Assembly: GCA_944391965.1 (NCBI GenBank)
Contig: CALXVH010000002.1
Location: 22,425 to 86,424 of the forward strand
Length of the DNA stretch: 64,000 nt
Direction: 5' to 3'
DNA from: an uncultured Clostridia bacterium
Lineage (GTDB): Bacteria > Bacillota > Clostridia > TANB77 > CAG-508
Position numbers and translations under genes: made by a program. The notes under the pieces were generated by a model. The model saw only the letters and a list, made by a program, of their open reading frames with translations, was not told the origin of the DNA and made no database searches. How positions within the stretch are numbered: position 1 is the stretch's first letter; the number at the start of each line of letters is the position of its first letter. Positions 10,363 to 20,863 of this stretch are shown here, one piece after another.

Positions 10363-10920
10363 ATGGTTATTCCAATAATAATTATAGTTGTTGTTGTAAT
10401 TTGTATCATAATTGTAGCAATGTATAATAATTTGGTAAGCCTACGTCAAAGGGTTCAAAACGCTTGGAGTCAAATAGATGTACAATTAAAAAGAAGATTT
10501 GATTTAATTCCTAACTTACAAGAAACAGTAAAAGGATATATGGCACACGAAAGTGAAACATTTTCTAAAATTGCTGAACTTAGAACAGCTTGGGCTTCCT
10601 CTACTACAGTGGCAGAAAAGGCTGATATTGCCAATCAATTAACAGAAGCTTTAAAAACTATAATGGCTGTTTCTGAAAATTATCCAGACTTAAAAGCAAG
10701 CGAATCATTTGCACAACTACAAGAAGAATTAAGAAATACAGAAAATAAAATCGCTTACTCAAGACAATTCTATAATGATACAGTTACTATGTATAATACA
10801 AAAATAGAAATGTTTCCTTCAAATTTAATTGCAAAAGCATTTAATTTTAAGCCTAGCGAATTATTTGAAGTAGAAGATGAAAAAGAAAAACAAAATGTAA
10901 AAATTGATTTTTCAAAATAA
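10363..10920 (+). CDS. lemA: LemA family protein
   Basis: N-terminal TM helix followed by [31 protein letters not shown]. It is adjacent to htpX, as is typical. Confidence 0.85.
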   Translation: MVIPIIIIVVVVICIIIVAMYNNLVSLRQRVQNAWSQIDVQLKRRFDLIPNLQETVKGYMAHESETFSKIAELRTAWASSTTVAEKADIANQLTEALKTIMAVSENYPDLKASESFAQLQEELRNTENKIAYSRQFYNDTVTMYNTKIEMFPSNLIAKAFNFKPSELFEVEDEKEKQNVKIDFSK

Positions 10921-10938
10921 TTTAATTTTAATAAAATC

Positions 10939-10972
10939 CAAAGATTTCTTTTAGTATAAAGAAATCTTTTTA
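10939..10972 (+). terminator. Rho-independent terminator after lemA
   Basis: aaagatttctt / aagaaatcttt stem followed by a T-run. Confidence 0.5.
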
Positions 10973-11001
10973 AATATATATTATTAATGTGAGGTTCAAT
11001 T

Positions 11002-11886
11002 ATGTATCAAGACATAAAAAGAAATAAAATAAAAACAGGATTTATAATATCTGTTTATATAATTATAATAACATTAATTATTTACTATATATGTTATGCT
11101 CTAGATTTTGGGGTATTTTCTATAATCTTAGCACTTATAGTATCTATTGCATCAGCATGGGGTTCATATTATTATAGTGATAAAATCGTTTTATCTATAA
11201 ATCGAGCTCGACCTGCAACTGAAGAAGAAAATAAAAAATTAATAAACATATTAGATGCTTTAATGGTTTCTTCTGGCTTACAACATAAGCCAAGATTATA
11301 TGTAATGGATTCTCACCAACCAAATGCATTTGCTACAGGTAGGGACCCAGAACATTCTGTAATTTGTGTAACTACTGCATTATTAGACAAATTAGATTAT
11401 TATGAATTAGAAGGAGTAGTTGCCCATGAAATGGGACATATTAAAAATTATGACATTAGGCTTTCTGCTGTTTTAACAGTTATGGTAGGCTTAGTAATCA
11501 TATTATCTGATTTCTTTTCCAGAGCATTTTTATGGCGTAGATTTGATGATGATAACAGAGGCTCAAATGGAATTATGCTTCTTATTAGTCTAATTTTACT
11601 TGTTTTAGCTGGTTTTTTCGGTAAATTAATGAAACTTGCTATTTCTAGGAAACGTGAATTTATGGCTGATGCAACAGCTGTCGAATTTACCAGAAATCCA
11701 GATGCTTTAATTTCTGCATTAACAAAACTAGATTCTGATAGTTCTAAACTAGAACAAGCTAATAATTCTACAGAAAATATGTATATAGTATCGCCATTTA
11801 AAGGTAAACAAAAGAAAGCCAATAACTGGTTTTCTACTCATCCATCCATAGAAGACAGAATAGAAGCAATAAGAAATCTAAAATAG
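11002..11886 (+). CDS. htpX: M48-family zinc metalloprotease HtpX
   Basis: HEMGHIKNYD zinc motif, four TM segments, and a C-terminal STHPSIEDRI. Confidence 0.85.
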   Translation: MYQDIKRNKIKTGFIISVYIIIITLIIYYICYALDFGVFSIILALIVSIASAWGSYYYSDKIVLSINRARPATEEENKKLINILDALMVSSGLQHKPRLYVMDSHQPNAFATGRDPEHSVICVTTALLDKLDYYELEGVVAHEMGHIKNYDIRLSAVLTVMVGLVIILSDFFSRAFLWRRFDDDNRGSNGIMLLISLILLVLAGFFGKLMKLAISRKREFMADATAVEFTRNPDALISALTKLDSDSSKLEQANNSTENMYIVSPFKGKQKKANNWFSTHPSIEDRIEAIRNLK

Positions 11887-11955
11887 GGATTTAGAAAAAT
11901 AGGAATTTTGGAACGTTCTTTCGGGATTTGAGGACGTTCCTTTTTTCCCTATTTT
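11884..11955. repeat. Palindromic intergenic repeat, copy 3 (two degenerate units)
   Basis: tagggatttagaaaaataggaattttggaacgttctttcgggatttgaggacgttccttttttccctatttt contains the GGGATTT arms and the GGAACGTTC/GGACGTTCC cores. Confidence 0.6.
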
Positions 11956-11975
11956 AATTAGATTTTTAAAAATAT

Positions 11976-12010
11976 AACCACTAAATGAAATCAGAATTTC
12001 AATAGTGGCT
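11976..12010 (-). terminator. Terminator candidate after tatD
   Basis: ccacta...tagtgg hairpin with an inner gaaat/atttc stem and a T-rich tail on the minus strand. Confidence 0.45.
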
Positions 12011-12019
12011 TTAATTTTA

Positions 12020-12802
12020 TTATTCACTTATTCTAAAAATTCTTTTGGCATTTTCATATGCCATATTTTGAACTTCTTCAAATGTTTTCTCTTTAACCTG
12101 AGCTATTTTTCTTAAAATATATTGAACATTTCTTGGATCATTCCTTTTTCCTCTATATGGCTCTGGAGATAAATAAGGACTATCTGTTTCTACTAAAAAC
12201 CTATCGTCTGGTACCATATTTATTATCTCGGATGCATTCTTTGAATTTTTAAAAGTTGTTGGTCCAGCAAAAGATATGTAAAAACCTAATTTAAGACCTT
12301 CTTTTACAAGTTCTCTATTAAATGGGCAACAATGAAATATTCCTCCATATTTAACCTGATTAGTTTTTAAAATATCTATTGTATTCATTACTGCATCCCT
12401 TGTATGAATTTGTATTGGCAATTCTAATTTATTTGCTAATTTTATTTGCTCTATAAAAGCATATTGTTGTAAATCTTTATTTCCTGTATTCCAATGATAA
12501 TCAAGTCCAATTTCTCCTACGGCAACAATCTTTTCAGAAGTTTTATACAACTCACTTAATTGATCTATCTCTTCTTTTATTCCATTAATATTATCTGGAA
12601 TATCATTGGGTGATATTCCTATTGTTGCATAAATAAAATTATATCTACTAGCTAAATTAATAGCTTCTTTGCTACTTTCTAAGCTATATCCTGCTGTAAC
12701 TAGTTTTTCTACACCCTCATTATTTAATTTTAGGATTAACTCATCCCTGTCTTCATTAAATTTTTCATCATTTAAATGACAATGTGAATCAAATAATTTC
12801 AT
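12020..12802 (-). CDS. tatD: TatD-family metal-dependent hydrolase (DNase)
   Basis: LFDSHCHL at the N-terminus, with GEIGLDYHW and ETDSPYLSP motifs. Confidence 0.85.
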   Translation of the reverse strand: MKLFDSHCHLNDEKFNEDRDELILKLNNEGVEKLVTAGYSLESSKEAINLASRYNFIYATIGISPNDIPDNINGIKEEIDQLSELYKTSEKIVAVGEIGLDYHWNTGNKDLQQYAFIEQIKLANKLELPIQIHTRDAVMNTIDILKTNQVKYGGIFHCCPFNRELVKEGLKLGFYISFAGPTTFKNSKNASEIINMVPDDRFLVETDSPYLSPEPYRGKRNDPRNVQYILRKIAQVKEKTFEEVQNMAYENAKRIFRISE

Positions 12803-12820
12803 AATATTTCCTCTTCTCTT

Positions 12821-13195
12821 TTAGTCTTCTACTTCGGCAATACACACTGCTGTTGCATATTCTCTACAATGGGATATGCTTATATATATACTTTTAATTT
12901 TAGATTTATCTATTACATCTGTATATAGTTGAACATATGGGCTTCCATCTTTATTATTAATTATTTCAAAATCAGTCCATTTAATTTTATATTTATCCTC
13001 TATTATATTAGATAAAGCTTTAAATATTGCTTCTTTTGCAGCAAATCTGCCACTATAACTTTGATATTTTTGCACATTTTTACTTTCACAATATTCAATT
13101 TCTTTTTCTGTATAAACCCTCTCCCTAAATCCATCTCTTTCTAATGCATCTTTTATTCTATTTATTTCTATTATATCAGTTCCGCATTTTATCAT
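12821..13195 (-). CDS. acpS: Holo-[acyl-carrier-protein] synthase
   Basis: 124 aa with GTDIIEINRI and FAAKEAIFKAL, typical of AcpS 4'-phosphopantetheinyl transferases. Confidence 0.85.
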   Translation of the reverse strand: MIKCGTDIIEINRIKDALERDGFRERVYTEKEIEYCESKNVQKYQSYSGRFAAKEAIFKALSNIIEDKYKIKWTDFEIINNKDGSPYVQLYTDVIDKSKIKSIYISISHCREYATAVCIAEVED

Positions 13196-13237
13196 AATTT
13201 ATTCCTCCTTTTGATATAATAAATTATACGAAAAAAT

Positions 13238-13266
13238 CGGGATTATAGGACCGTCCCCAAATCCCG
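13238..13266. repeat. Palindromic intergenic repeat, copy 4
   Basis: cgggattataggaccgtccccaaatcccg. Confidence 0.65.
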
Positions 13267-13267
13267 A

Positions 13268-14503
13268 TTAACTTAATAATACCACAAAATTTATTATGTT
13301 TAATATTAAAGATATTATTAATACTAACATTATTATCTTGTTACTTTTTGCTGTTTTCTCTATATTAGATTCTTTATATAAAATATCATATTCATTCTTT
13401 AGTTTCCAATATAATTTATCTAGTTCTAAATTTTCTGACCAGCTTTTGGTTAGTAACTCTCCTATATCATCTGTAGTAATATCTTGTAACCATACATTAT
13501 GTGTAAAATTCAAAAATTCTTTTCTTAATTTTGTAGCTTTTGTAGCACTTTTATATTGCTCTATTAATGTTTGCATATATATTTTTTTGTAAAGTTGCAA
13601 TATATACATATAAATATATACTTTTTCATAAAGAAATGGTAATTTAGTATAATTAAATGTATCTACTCCTGAAGTAAATAAGGTTGTTGCTTGGTTAGAA
13701 AAACCAAATTTTATATACTCCCATTTATCTAGTATATCTATTTTTCTATCTTCCTTACTAAATTCTACATTTAAATTATAATTACTTGGCAATACATTTG
13801 TATACTTATAAAATTGATGTTTAATATTTTCAAAATTTTTATTTTTATTCCAATGTTCTTGATCTATACAAGAATATGAAAAAGTTAGAAATTTATTTGT
13901 ATCTATATTTATATTTTTTGTATAACTTCCTACTATTTCATCTACTATATCTGTTATTTTCTTAATATCATCAAATTCGCTTGTTTGAATCTTTATATTA
14001 TCAAACTGTTTCATAGAAATAAATTCTGATTTTATATCTTTAAATTTATAATTAAAATTTAGTACATCATCAAATTGTTCTAAATCTTCTATAGCTGTTT
14101 TTAACAATATAAAGCATTCTCCAGTATAAAAACAAATTATTTCTATTTTTTCTATCTTAAAAAATATTCCATTATTTCTACCTGCTTTTCCTTGTGCATT
14201 TTTACCTAAATTATATTCGAATATAGTGCATGGATATTTCTGAAGTATTGTTGCTTGTAAGCCCACATCTAATTCTTTAAATTTCTTTCTCTTATTTTCT
14301 GAAAAATCAAATGTTGGAAACATAAATCTTCTTACTTTAGGTAAAAATTTGTTATATATATCCAAGTCTTTTTGTTTTTCAAAAATTCTTAGTACACATT
14401 TTTTATTTCTCAACAAGTTCTGCAAATACTTTGAATATCTATTTTGTTCAATTATATACGGATATATAAAATATGTATATTGATATCTTGTCTTTAGTTC
14501 CAT
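13268..14503 (-). CDS. Hypothetical protein with a C-terminal TM anchor
   Basis: A 411 aa ORF with consistent coding composition and a C-terminal hydrophobic helix (IIMLVLIISLILNIINFVVLL). I recognise no motif. Confidence 0.5.
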   Translation of the reverse strand: MELKTRYQYTYFIYPYIIEQNRYSKYLQNLLRNKKCVLRIFEKQKDLDIYNKFLPKVRRFMFPTFDFSENKRKKFKELDVGLQATILQKYPCTIFEYNLGKNAQGKAGRNNGIFFKIEKIEIICFYTGECFILLKTAIEDLEQFDDVLNFNYKFKDIKSEFISMKQFDNIKIQTSEFDDIKKITDIVDEIVGSYTKNINIDTNKFLTFSYSCIDQEHWNKNKNFENIKHQFYKYTNVLPSNYNLNVEFSKEDRKIDILDKWEYIKFGFSNQATTLFTSGVDTFNYTKLPFLYEKVYIYMYILQLYKKIYMQTLIEQYKSATKATKLRKEFLNFTHNVWLQDITTDDIGELLTKSWSENLELDKLYWKLKNEYDILYKESNIEKTAKSNKIIMLVLIISLILNIINFVVLLS

Positions 14504-14527
14504 TTATTCTCCCTCTTTTGTTAATTT

Positions 14528-16051
14528 TTATTTCGTGTAATATGTAGCATTTGAATCTACACTACCTAAATGCCATTCTCCTATGAAGTCAATATTTATA
14601 TTATTAGAAAAATCATATTGTGGATTAACTATTTCTTCTCCTTTTTCATTTATTGCTCCCCATTTTCCGTCTTTTTGAACTGCTGCATATCCATATTCAT
14701 TTTGTTCTGTTGCATCATCATATTGGTAATCTACTACTACTTTACCATCTTTATCTACATAACCATACTTATCATTTTGTTTATCTAAAAATAATGTATT
14801 TGAAGTATTTATATCCTTTTCTGCTCTTTCTTCGAATCTGAAATTATAATATTTATTTTCATTATCTTGTCTTATTCTTATATAACCTCTACTAGTATTA
14901 ATTTCCGTAACTATTCCGGTTAATTTTGTCTCCAAATTACTATTTAATAAATTTGAAGTTATTCCATCTTCACTAGCTTCTATTATATCTGCTGTTTGTA
15001 TATAATTTATTGTTGTATAAGTAGGATTTAATACTATTTCATCATTTTTCTTGGCTATTCCATATTTTCCATTTTGCTCTATTATATATGAATCTACAAA
15101 GGCAAATTCTATATCATCATATACTGTATTTAATATTGTTTCTCCTGTAGTGTTTATTACTCCTACTTTATTATTGGTATTTTGTATAATTACATTTCCA
15201 TTTTTCAACCCTAATATATCTTTAACATTTTTTAAGCCATCAGAAAAAGTTACTTCACCATTTCTTTGTACTAATTCCCAATTATTATTCTCTTTTACCA
15301 CATATGTGCCATTATCTGTTAAACTTTTTATATCTTGGTATTTTGTATCTAAGACTTTTTGATTATTGCAATCTACTACTCCATATTGATTATCTTCTGT
15401 TATTACTATATATCCTGATGTATAGTCTGTTCCCAAGCCTCTTATTTCTTTATATTGTGGTTCTATTATTACCTTGCCTGTACTGTCTACTAATCCTATC
15501 TTGCCATCTTTTTCTACCAATATACTGTTATTAGTATTTTTTAAAGAATATAAAGCATCATATTCACATGGCAATATTTCTTTTCCTTCTATATTAATCA
15601 TTCCATACTTACCATTTTTTTGAACCTTAATAGCGTTTTGTTCATAAGAAATTATGTTGTTTGAATCATAATTTGCAATTGGTTCTAAATTTTCATAATC
15701 TGTAAATATTTCTTCGTTTTTAGAATTTAAAGCTTTTGTTTTGTATGTATTATTTGAATAATCTACATCATATGTACATAAAAATATATCTGTTCTATTA
15801 TTTGGTATAACAATATATTCTTGGTAAGATGGTGCTATTACCTCTTGACCTTTATTATTTATTACACCATATTTATTATCTTGAAAAGAGGTAAAATAAT
15901 AATTGTTTGTCATTCTTTCTCCTCTTCCATTTGTTACTAATTTATATATAACAAAAACAAACATAACTATTACTAAAAGTGCAATAACTACTGCTAATAC
16001 TTTTTTCATGTTGAGTTTTGCTTCTCCATTATATCGTTTTCCTCTACTCAT
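14528..16051 (-). CDS. Membrane-anchored WG-repeat (KWG-type) protein
   Basis: N-terminal TM helix followed by at least 8 repeats of the K(Y/W)G(x)(I/V)(D/N)xxGxxV(I/L)xPxY type (KYGVINNKGQEVIAPSY, KWGAINEKGEEIVNPQY). Confidence 0.7.
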   Translation of the reverse strand: MSRGKRYNGEAKLNMKKVLAVVIALLVIVMFVFVIYKLVTNGRGERMTNNYYFTSFQDNKYGVINNKGQEVIAPSYQEYIVIPNNRTDIFLCTYDVDYSNNTYKTKALNSKNEEIFTDYENLEPIANYDSNNIISYEQNAIKVQKNGKYGMINIEGKEILPCEYDALYSLKNTNNSILVEKDGKIGLVDSTGKVIIEPQYKEIRGLGTDYTSGYIVITEDNQYGVVDCNNQKVLDTKYQDIKSLTDNGTYVVKENNNWELVQRNGEVTFSDGLKNVKDILGLKNGNVIIQNTNNKVGVINTTGETILNTVYDDIEFAFVDSYIIEQNGKYGIAKKNDEIVLNPTYTTINYIQTADIIEASEDGITSNLLNSNLETKLTGIVTEINTSRGYIRIRQDNENKYYNFRFEERAEKDINTSNTLFLDKQNDKYGYVDKDGKVVVDYQYDDATEQNEYGYAAVQKDGKWGAINEKGEEIVNPQYDFSNNINIDFIGEWHLGSVDSNATYYTK

Positions 16052-16224
16052 TTTGTTTCCTCCGTAAGAAATTTTGTTTTTTTACATATACAATATACCA
16101 CATTTTTATTACAAATTACAACTAAATATGCAAATTTTATATTAAGTTACTATCAAAATTTTTTGTAGAATTTTAAAAGTATATTTTGACTTGCCAATTG
16201 CCTATAAATAGTACAAAAAAAGCT

Positions 16225-16250
16225 CTCTTTTAGAGAACTTTTTCTATTTA
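16225..16250 (-). terminator. Terminator candidate after spoIIE
   Basis: Short imperfect hairpin agttctct-aaaa-gagagct followed by T7 on the minus strand. Confidence 0.4.
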
Positions 16251-16256
16251 TGTATA

Positions 16257-18737
16257 TCAATTCCTTTCTATTTTGCATACAATAACTGTCATATCATCTT
16301 TGGGAATTCCATAATTATTGTCTATCGCTTCTGCTAAAATTATATCTGCCATCTTTTGAACATTTTCTGTTTCCATTTGCTCTAACAAATATTTAAGCCA
16401 CAATTCTTTATTTTCATATTCTGCATTTGATTCAGCAATACCATCACTACACATTACTAGAATTTCGTTTTCTGATATATCTCTATCTGAAATTTTTAAT
16501 TCGATATTATTTAAAATTCCAGCTGGAAGTGTAATATTTTTTATAATGTCAACATGGCGTCTATCCTTTATATACGTAGGAGATGCTCCGTTTTTTATAA
16601 ATTCGACATTACCTTCATATAGATCAAATATTGCTATATCTAATGTTGCATAAGAATCATCTTCTGCATTTAAGCACATACTAGAATTTATCATATCTAA
16701 TGATGTTTCTTTATTAAATCCAGATATAAGTAATCTTTTTAACATTTGTATTGCTATTTTACTACTTTTTCTTGCATTTGGTCCAGAACCCATTCCATCA
16801 CTAATTGCAATTAATTGCTTTCCATCCTGTAGCTTCATTTTTAAAGTAGTATCTCCAGAAACTGGGCTTCCCTCTTTAGTAGCTTTTGCCAGTCCAATTT
16901 GTAATTTATATTTATTCTTACTTATATATCTAAAATAGCAGATATCAGTTGCTTTTTGTATAGAGCAATCTACTAATTGTACTTCAAATTCTTGCTTATA
17001 AAATTTATTAATTATTTGTTTGATTCTATCTGATTTACATTCTTCTATTTCTAAATTTGTACTATTATAGTCTTCACAAGGTTTAGTATATACACCTATT
17101 TCTATTTTTCCGTTTAGTTCTTTATTAATATTTAATTCTTTTACCTCTATTCTCTTTTGTTCAAATAATTTTAATAATTCCTCTTTTTCATCTAATTCTT
17201 TACTGCTACTTTTTTTAGTTGTTATATCTTCTGCTAAATTTGATATAGTTTTTGATATTCCATCTAATTGATTTACCATAGCTTCTTTATTTTCTACAAT
17301 TTTTTTCTTCCAAATAAAATTTATTCTACTAACTCTATAAGAAGCATTTATTGCCTTTACCATTTTGTCTATTTCATCCATTAATTTGTTACTTACTGCT
17401 GAATCATCAAAACCTAAAATATAATTATTATGGTTTTCAAATATTTTTAGTAATTCTTTTCTTGTAATTTCCGCTTTCTCTGTTAATAGTTTAAATATAT
17501 CATCAATTATTGGAGATTCATCATCTATTAAATCATCATATAATACATTATCTTTTAAATCATTTATATTATTCTCTAATTCTGTTACAAAGATTTCTTT
17601 ATTCTTTGTATATTCTACTTCATTTTCTTCTAACACTGTTGCCGCAGCTTCTTTATATGTATTTGCCATTTCTGATATTGCATCAGATACATTATTTAAT
17701 TTATATACCATATCTTCTTTTTGCTCTAATCTATTATCTGGAGCTTTAGGCAAATATTTTATATCATTTACAAAATCTTCTATATTTATTTTTAAATTTT
17801 TTGGCATTGCAAGTAATCCAATTGAAGCAATTAAAATTTCTTGAACCATTATAACAGAATGCGTATTTCCATTTGCAGCATAGCTTAATATAATATTTCC
17901 TAATAAAAATCCTATTATTACTCCTATTTTTCCAATTTTATTTAATAGTCCTGCTATCATTCCAGAAATCGCAAAAGCAGCTATTTGTACTGGATCTCCA
18001 CCTTGAATTATTGCAATTACCACTCCTATTGTTACACCTGAAGTCGCTCCTACCAATATACCATTTTGCCATCCTAATATTAATACTACTAATACACTTA
18101 AAATATTTCTTATTGAATATCCAAATATTGCTATATCTCTAAAAGCTGATATTGCAATTGCAACTAATAAACTTGTCCCAATTACTTCTTCTATAGAAAA
18201 AGCTTTTTTCGTTTTAGAATCTTTTATTACTGAAATTGAACTATTAAATATTTTATAAAAAATACATGAAATTATAGTAAATAATATTGCAGATAATATA
18301 TCATAAATTAGTATTGGTCCGAATAATATTTGTACAATTTGAACTAATATTGTAGCTACAATTAAATGTGGCATTAGTCTTTTTTGATCTGTGTCCTCTT
18401 TTACTTTTGGCATTACAAAAATAGAAAGTGCCATAAATATTAAGCTTGTTAATATATATGTAAGTAACCCTGATCCTCCGAATCCTATAAAAGTTCCTAT
18501 GCACGTTATTACATACGGAATTAATATTGGTATATTATTTGCTGTGATTGCTGCAATTATTGAAATTGCAAATGGTGCCATATTATTTCCAAATTTAACA
18601 GTGGACACCATAAAGGCTAATATATAAATTAATATCGCTTGTTTCGAAAGATTTTGCTTTATAAAATTTTCCTTTAAGTTTGTTTTATTTTTATTTTCTT
18701 CTACATAATCTGTATTAGCACTTATATTTTGAAACAT
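16257..18737 (-). CDS. spoIIE: Stage II sporulation protein E (PP2C serine phosphatase)
   Basis: 826 aa with about 10 N-terminal TM helices, a central linker, and a C-terminal PP2C domain (IAISDGMGSGPNARKSS ... MCSDGIAES). Confidence 0.85.
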   Translation of the reverse strand: MFQNISANTDYVEENKNKTNLKENFIKQNLSKQAILIYILAFMVSTVKFGNNMAPFAISIIAAITANNIPILIPYVITCIGTFIGFGGSGLLTYILTSLIFMALSIFVMPKVKEDTDQKRLMPHLIVATILVQIVQILFGPILIYDILSAILFTIISCIFYKIFNSSISVIKDSKTKKAFSIEEVIGTSLLVAIAISAFRDIAIFGYSIRNILSVLVVLILGWQNGILVGATSGVTIGVVIAIIQGGDPVQIAAFAISGMIAGLLNKIGKIGVIIGFLLGNIILSYAANGNTHSVIMVQEILIASIGLLAMPKNLKINIEDFVNDIKYLPKAPDNRLEQKEDMVYKLNNVSDAISEMANTYKEAAATVLEENEVEYTKNKEIFVTELENNINDLKDNVLYDDLIDDESPIIDDIFKLLTEKAEITRKELLKIFENHNNYILGFDDSAVSNKLMDEIDKMVKAINASYRVSRINFIWKKKIVENKEAMVNQLDGISKTISNLAEDITTKKSSSKELDEKEELLKLFEQKRIEVKELNINKELNGKIEIGVYTKPCEDYNSTNLEIEECKSDRIKQIINKFYKQEFEVQLVDCSIQKATDICYFRYISKNKYKLQIGLAKATKEGSPVSGDTTLKMKLQDGKQLIAISDGMGSGPNARKSSKIAIQMLKRLLISGFNKETSLDMINSSMCLNAEDDSYATLDIAIFDLYEGNVEFIKNGASPTYIKDRRHVDIIKNITLPAGILNNIELKISDRDISENEILVMCSDGIAESNAEYENKELWLKYLLEQMETENVQKMADIILAEAIDNNYGIPKDDMTVIVCKIERN

Positions 18738-18990
18738 CCTTTACCACCTCATAACTTCTTTAATATAGTAGCTATTCTAATATATTGTATTAACTTTTTT
18801 TGTCATTTTAGGTAATGTATATTAAAAAAGTTTTTTACAATTTGTGATATATTTATTATCTATTTTTTCTTTTGTAATTATAATCTCTATTTTACGATTT
18901 CTATTTTATTATATATCCGTAGAAATTACAATATTTTGTCTTAATTTAAAAATAAATTCCTATAATATTTTATAGAAATTTATTTTAATC

Positions 18991-20853
18991 TTACATGTTT
19001 ATTAAATTATATTCTATATTTAATTCATCTAATATATTTTTTTCCCTTTCTGTACATGAAAATATTATTATTTGATTATTATGGCTATCATTCAAATAAC
19101 TTATTGTATTTATTAATCTATTTTTATCGAAAAATACAAAAGATTCATCCAAAAAAATTGGTAAAGTTTCATATGAAATTTCTTTTAATATTGCCATCCT
19201 TAGAGAAAAATATAATTGATCTATTGTTCCTTCGCTAAATAGACCGGCAGAAACATAATTGCCATTTTCTACTTCTACCATAATATCATTATCTGTAATT
19301 TTCATATTTTTATATTTCCCATCTGAAATATCTGATATTGTTTGAGATAGCTCTTTAGAAAATTTTGGTGTTACATTTTCTTTCATATTTTTATATGCTT
19401 TTTCTAAATATTCTTTTGCTATATCTATTATTTCACTATTATTTTTTAATTCATTATATTCTTCTATAGAATATTCTAGTTCTTCTTGTATATTTGCCAA
19501 TCTATCTATTTTAGGAAATATATTTTGTTTATCTAATTCTAATTTATGCTCTTCTAATTCTTTTTCGCTTATTTCTTTATTTATTAAATTTATTTTTTCT
19601 TCAATTTCTTCATTATAAATTATTTGATTATAATTTACTGTATTTAAATTATTAATAATTAATTCTTTTTTTATTTTATTTTCTATTTCTTTTTCTAAAT
19701 AATTTAATTCATTTATTTTTTCATTTTTATTTTCATTTAATAAATTAATTTCATTATTTATTTTTTCTAAATTAAAATTAATTTCTCGTTTTTCTTTTTT
19801 ATAATTATTTTTTAATTTATTTTTTTTATACAAATAAATTAATATTGGAATTATTAAAAAAATATAAATTAAATTAAATAAATTATTTTTTAATACTGAA
19901 TTAATTAAAATAAAAATAATTAATAAAAATAATTCCATAAAAATATATTTATTTATTTTTATTTTTTTATAATTAATTTTATTTTTTGAATTATTTATTT
20001 TTTCTTTTTCTATTTCTAAATTATTTATTTTTTTGTTATATTCTTCTATTATTTCTTTATTTATATTTATTTTATTTTTTTCTTCTAAATAAATATTTTT
20101 TATTTTTTTTAATTTATTTAAAAAGTCTAAATTATTTTTTAATTCATTTATTTTATTTTTTATTAAATTATTTTCTTTTTCTATTTCATATTTTTCGTCT
20201 TCATATTTTTCTAATTCTTTTTTCTCATTTTTTAAATTATTTATTTTATTTATTATTTTATTTATTGGTCTATCTTGACTTCTTTCTGTTCCGATTTCTT
20301 CTAATTGTTTTTTATTTAATTTTTCTATACTTTTTTTAAAAGAAATATTATCATTTCCAGTTGTAGCTAAATTAGATAATTTTTGAATAATTAAATTTTG
20401 ATTTACTTTATCTATTTTTATTTCATTTTGAATAATTTCTGTACTATTTACAAATAAATCCTCATCCACTTTTGTTTGTTCATAAAAAAATGGAATTTCC
20501 TTATTTTTTTCTACATTAAATAATGGAGTAATATCATCACCAAAATTATTATATATTTTTAATTCTTTATTTTTAAAATTACGGTATATTTCAAATTCAT
20601 TATTATTATCTAATTTATATTTTATTTTTCCAGAATATTTTTCTGTATTCCATGGTTTATATTTTTCTAAATCTGATATATTTTTTCCTCTTTTGTTTTT
20701 AGAAATTCCATATAGCATACTATTTATAAATTTTAATAATGTAGATTTTCCACTTTCGTTTTTTCCTATAATTATATTTATGCCATCATTTAATTCTATA
20801 TTTTTATTTTCTAATTTTCCAAAACCATTTATTTGTATTTTTTCTACTTTCAA
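18991..20853 (-). CDS. YhaN/SbcC-like AAA ATPase with a coiled-coil and a central TM hairpin
   Basis: Walker A GKNESGKST, signature-like FSEGTIDQL and Walker B IFLDESFVFFD. The K/N/E/I-rich coiled-coil is interrupted by two hydrophobic helices (YIFMELFLLIIFILINSVL and LFNLIYIFLIIPILIYLY). Confidence 0.7.
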   Translation of the reverse strand: MKVEKIQINGFGKLENKNIELNDGINIIIGKNESGKSTLLKFINSMLYGISKNKRGKNISDLEKYKPWNTEKYSGKIKYKLDNNNEFEIYRNFKNKELKIYNNFGDDITPLFNVEKNKEIPFFYEQTKVDEDLFVNSTEIIQNEIKIDKVNQNLIIQKLSNLATTGNDNISFKKSIEKLNKKQLEEIGTERSQDRPINKIINKINNLKNEKKELEKYEDEKYEIEKENNLIKNKINELKNNLDFLNKLKKIKNIYLEEKNKININKEIIEEYNKKINNLEIEKEKINNSKNKINYKKIKINKYIFMELFLLIIFILINSVLKNNLFNLIYIFLIIPILIYLYKKNKLKNNYKKEKREINFNLEKINNEINLLNENKNEKINELNYLEKEIENKIKKELIINNLNTVNYNQIIYNEEIEEKINLINKEISEKELEEHKLELDKQNIFPKIDRLANIQEELEYSIEEYNELKNNSEIIDIAKEYLEKAYKNMKENVTPKFSKELSQTISDISDGKYKNMKITDNDIMVEVENGNYVSAGLFSEGTIDQLYFSLRMAILKEISYETLPIFLDESFVFFDKNRLINTISYLNDSHNNQIIIFSCTEREKNILDELNIEYNLINM

Positions 20854-20863
20854 TTTTTTCCTC

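Noticed and set aside
11448-11822. 124 aa minus-strand ORF inside htpX.
   Set aside because: It is antisense to htpX, which has the HExxH motif and the expected topology. It is a shadow ORF.
18301-18504. 67 aa same-strand alternative-frame ORF within spoIIE.
   Set aside because: It lies entirely inside the SpoIIE membrane domain in another frame and has no independent signals.
19600-20340. Highly repetitive A/T-rich DNA that could be mistaken for a tandem-repeat or CRISPR-like array.
   Set aside because: There is no fixed-length repeat/spacer periodicity. The region is in-frame coding sequence for the K/N/E/I-rich coiled coil of the YhaN-like ATPase.
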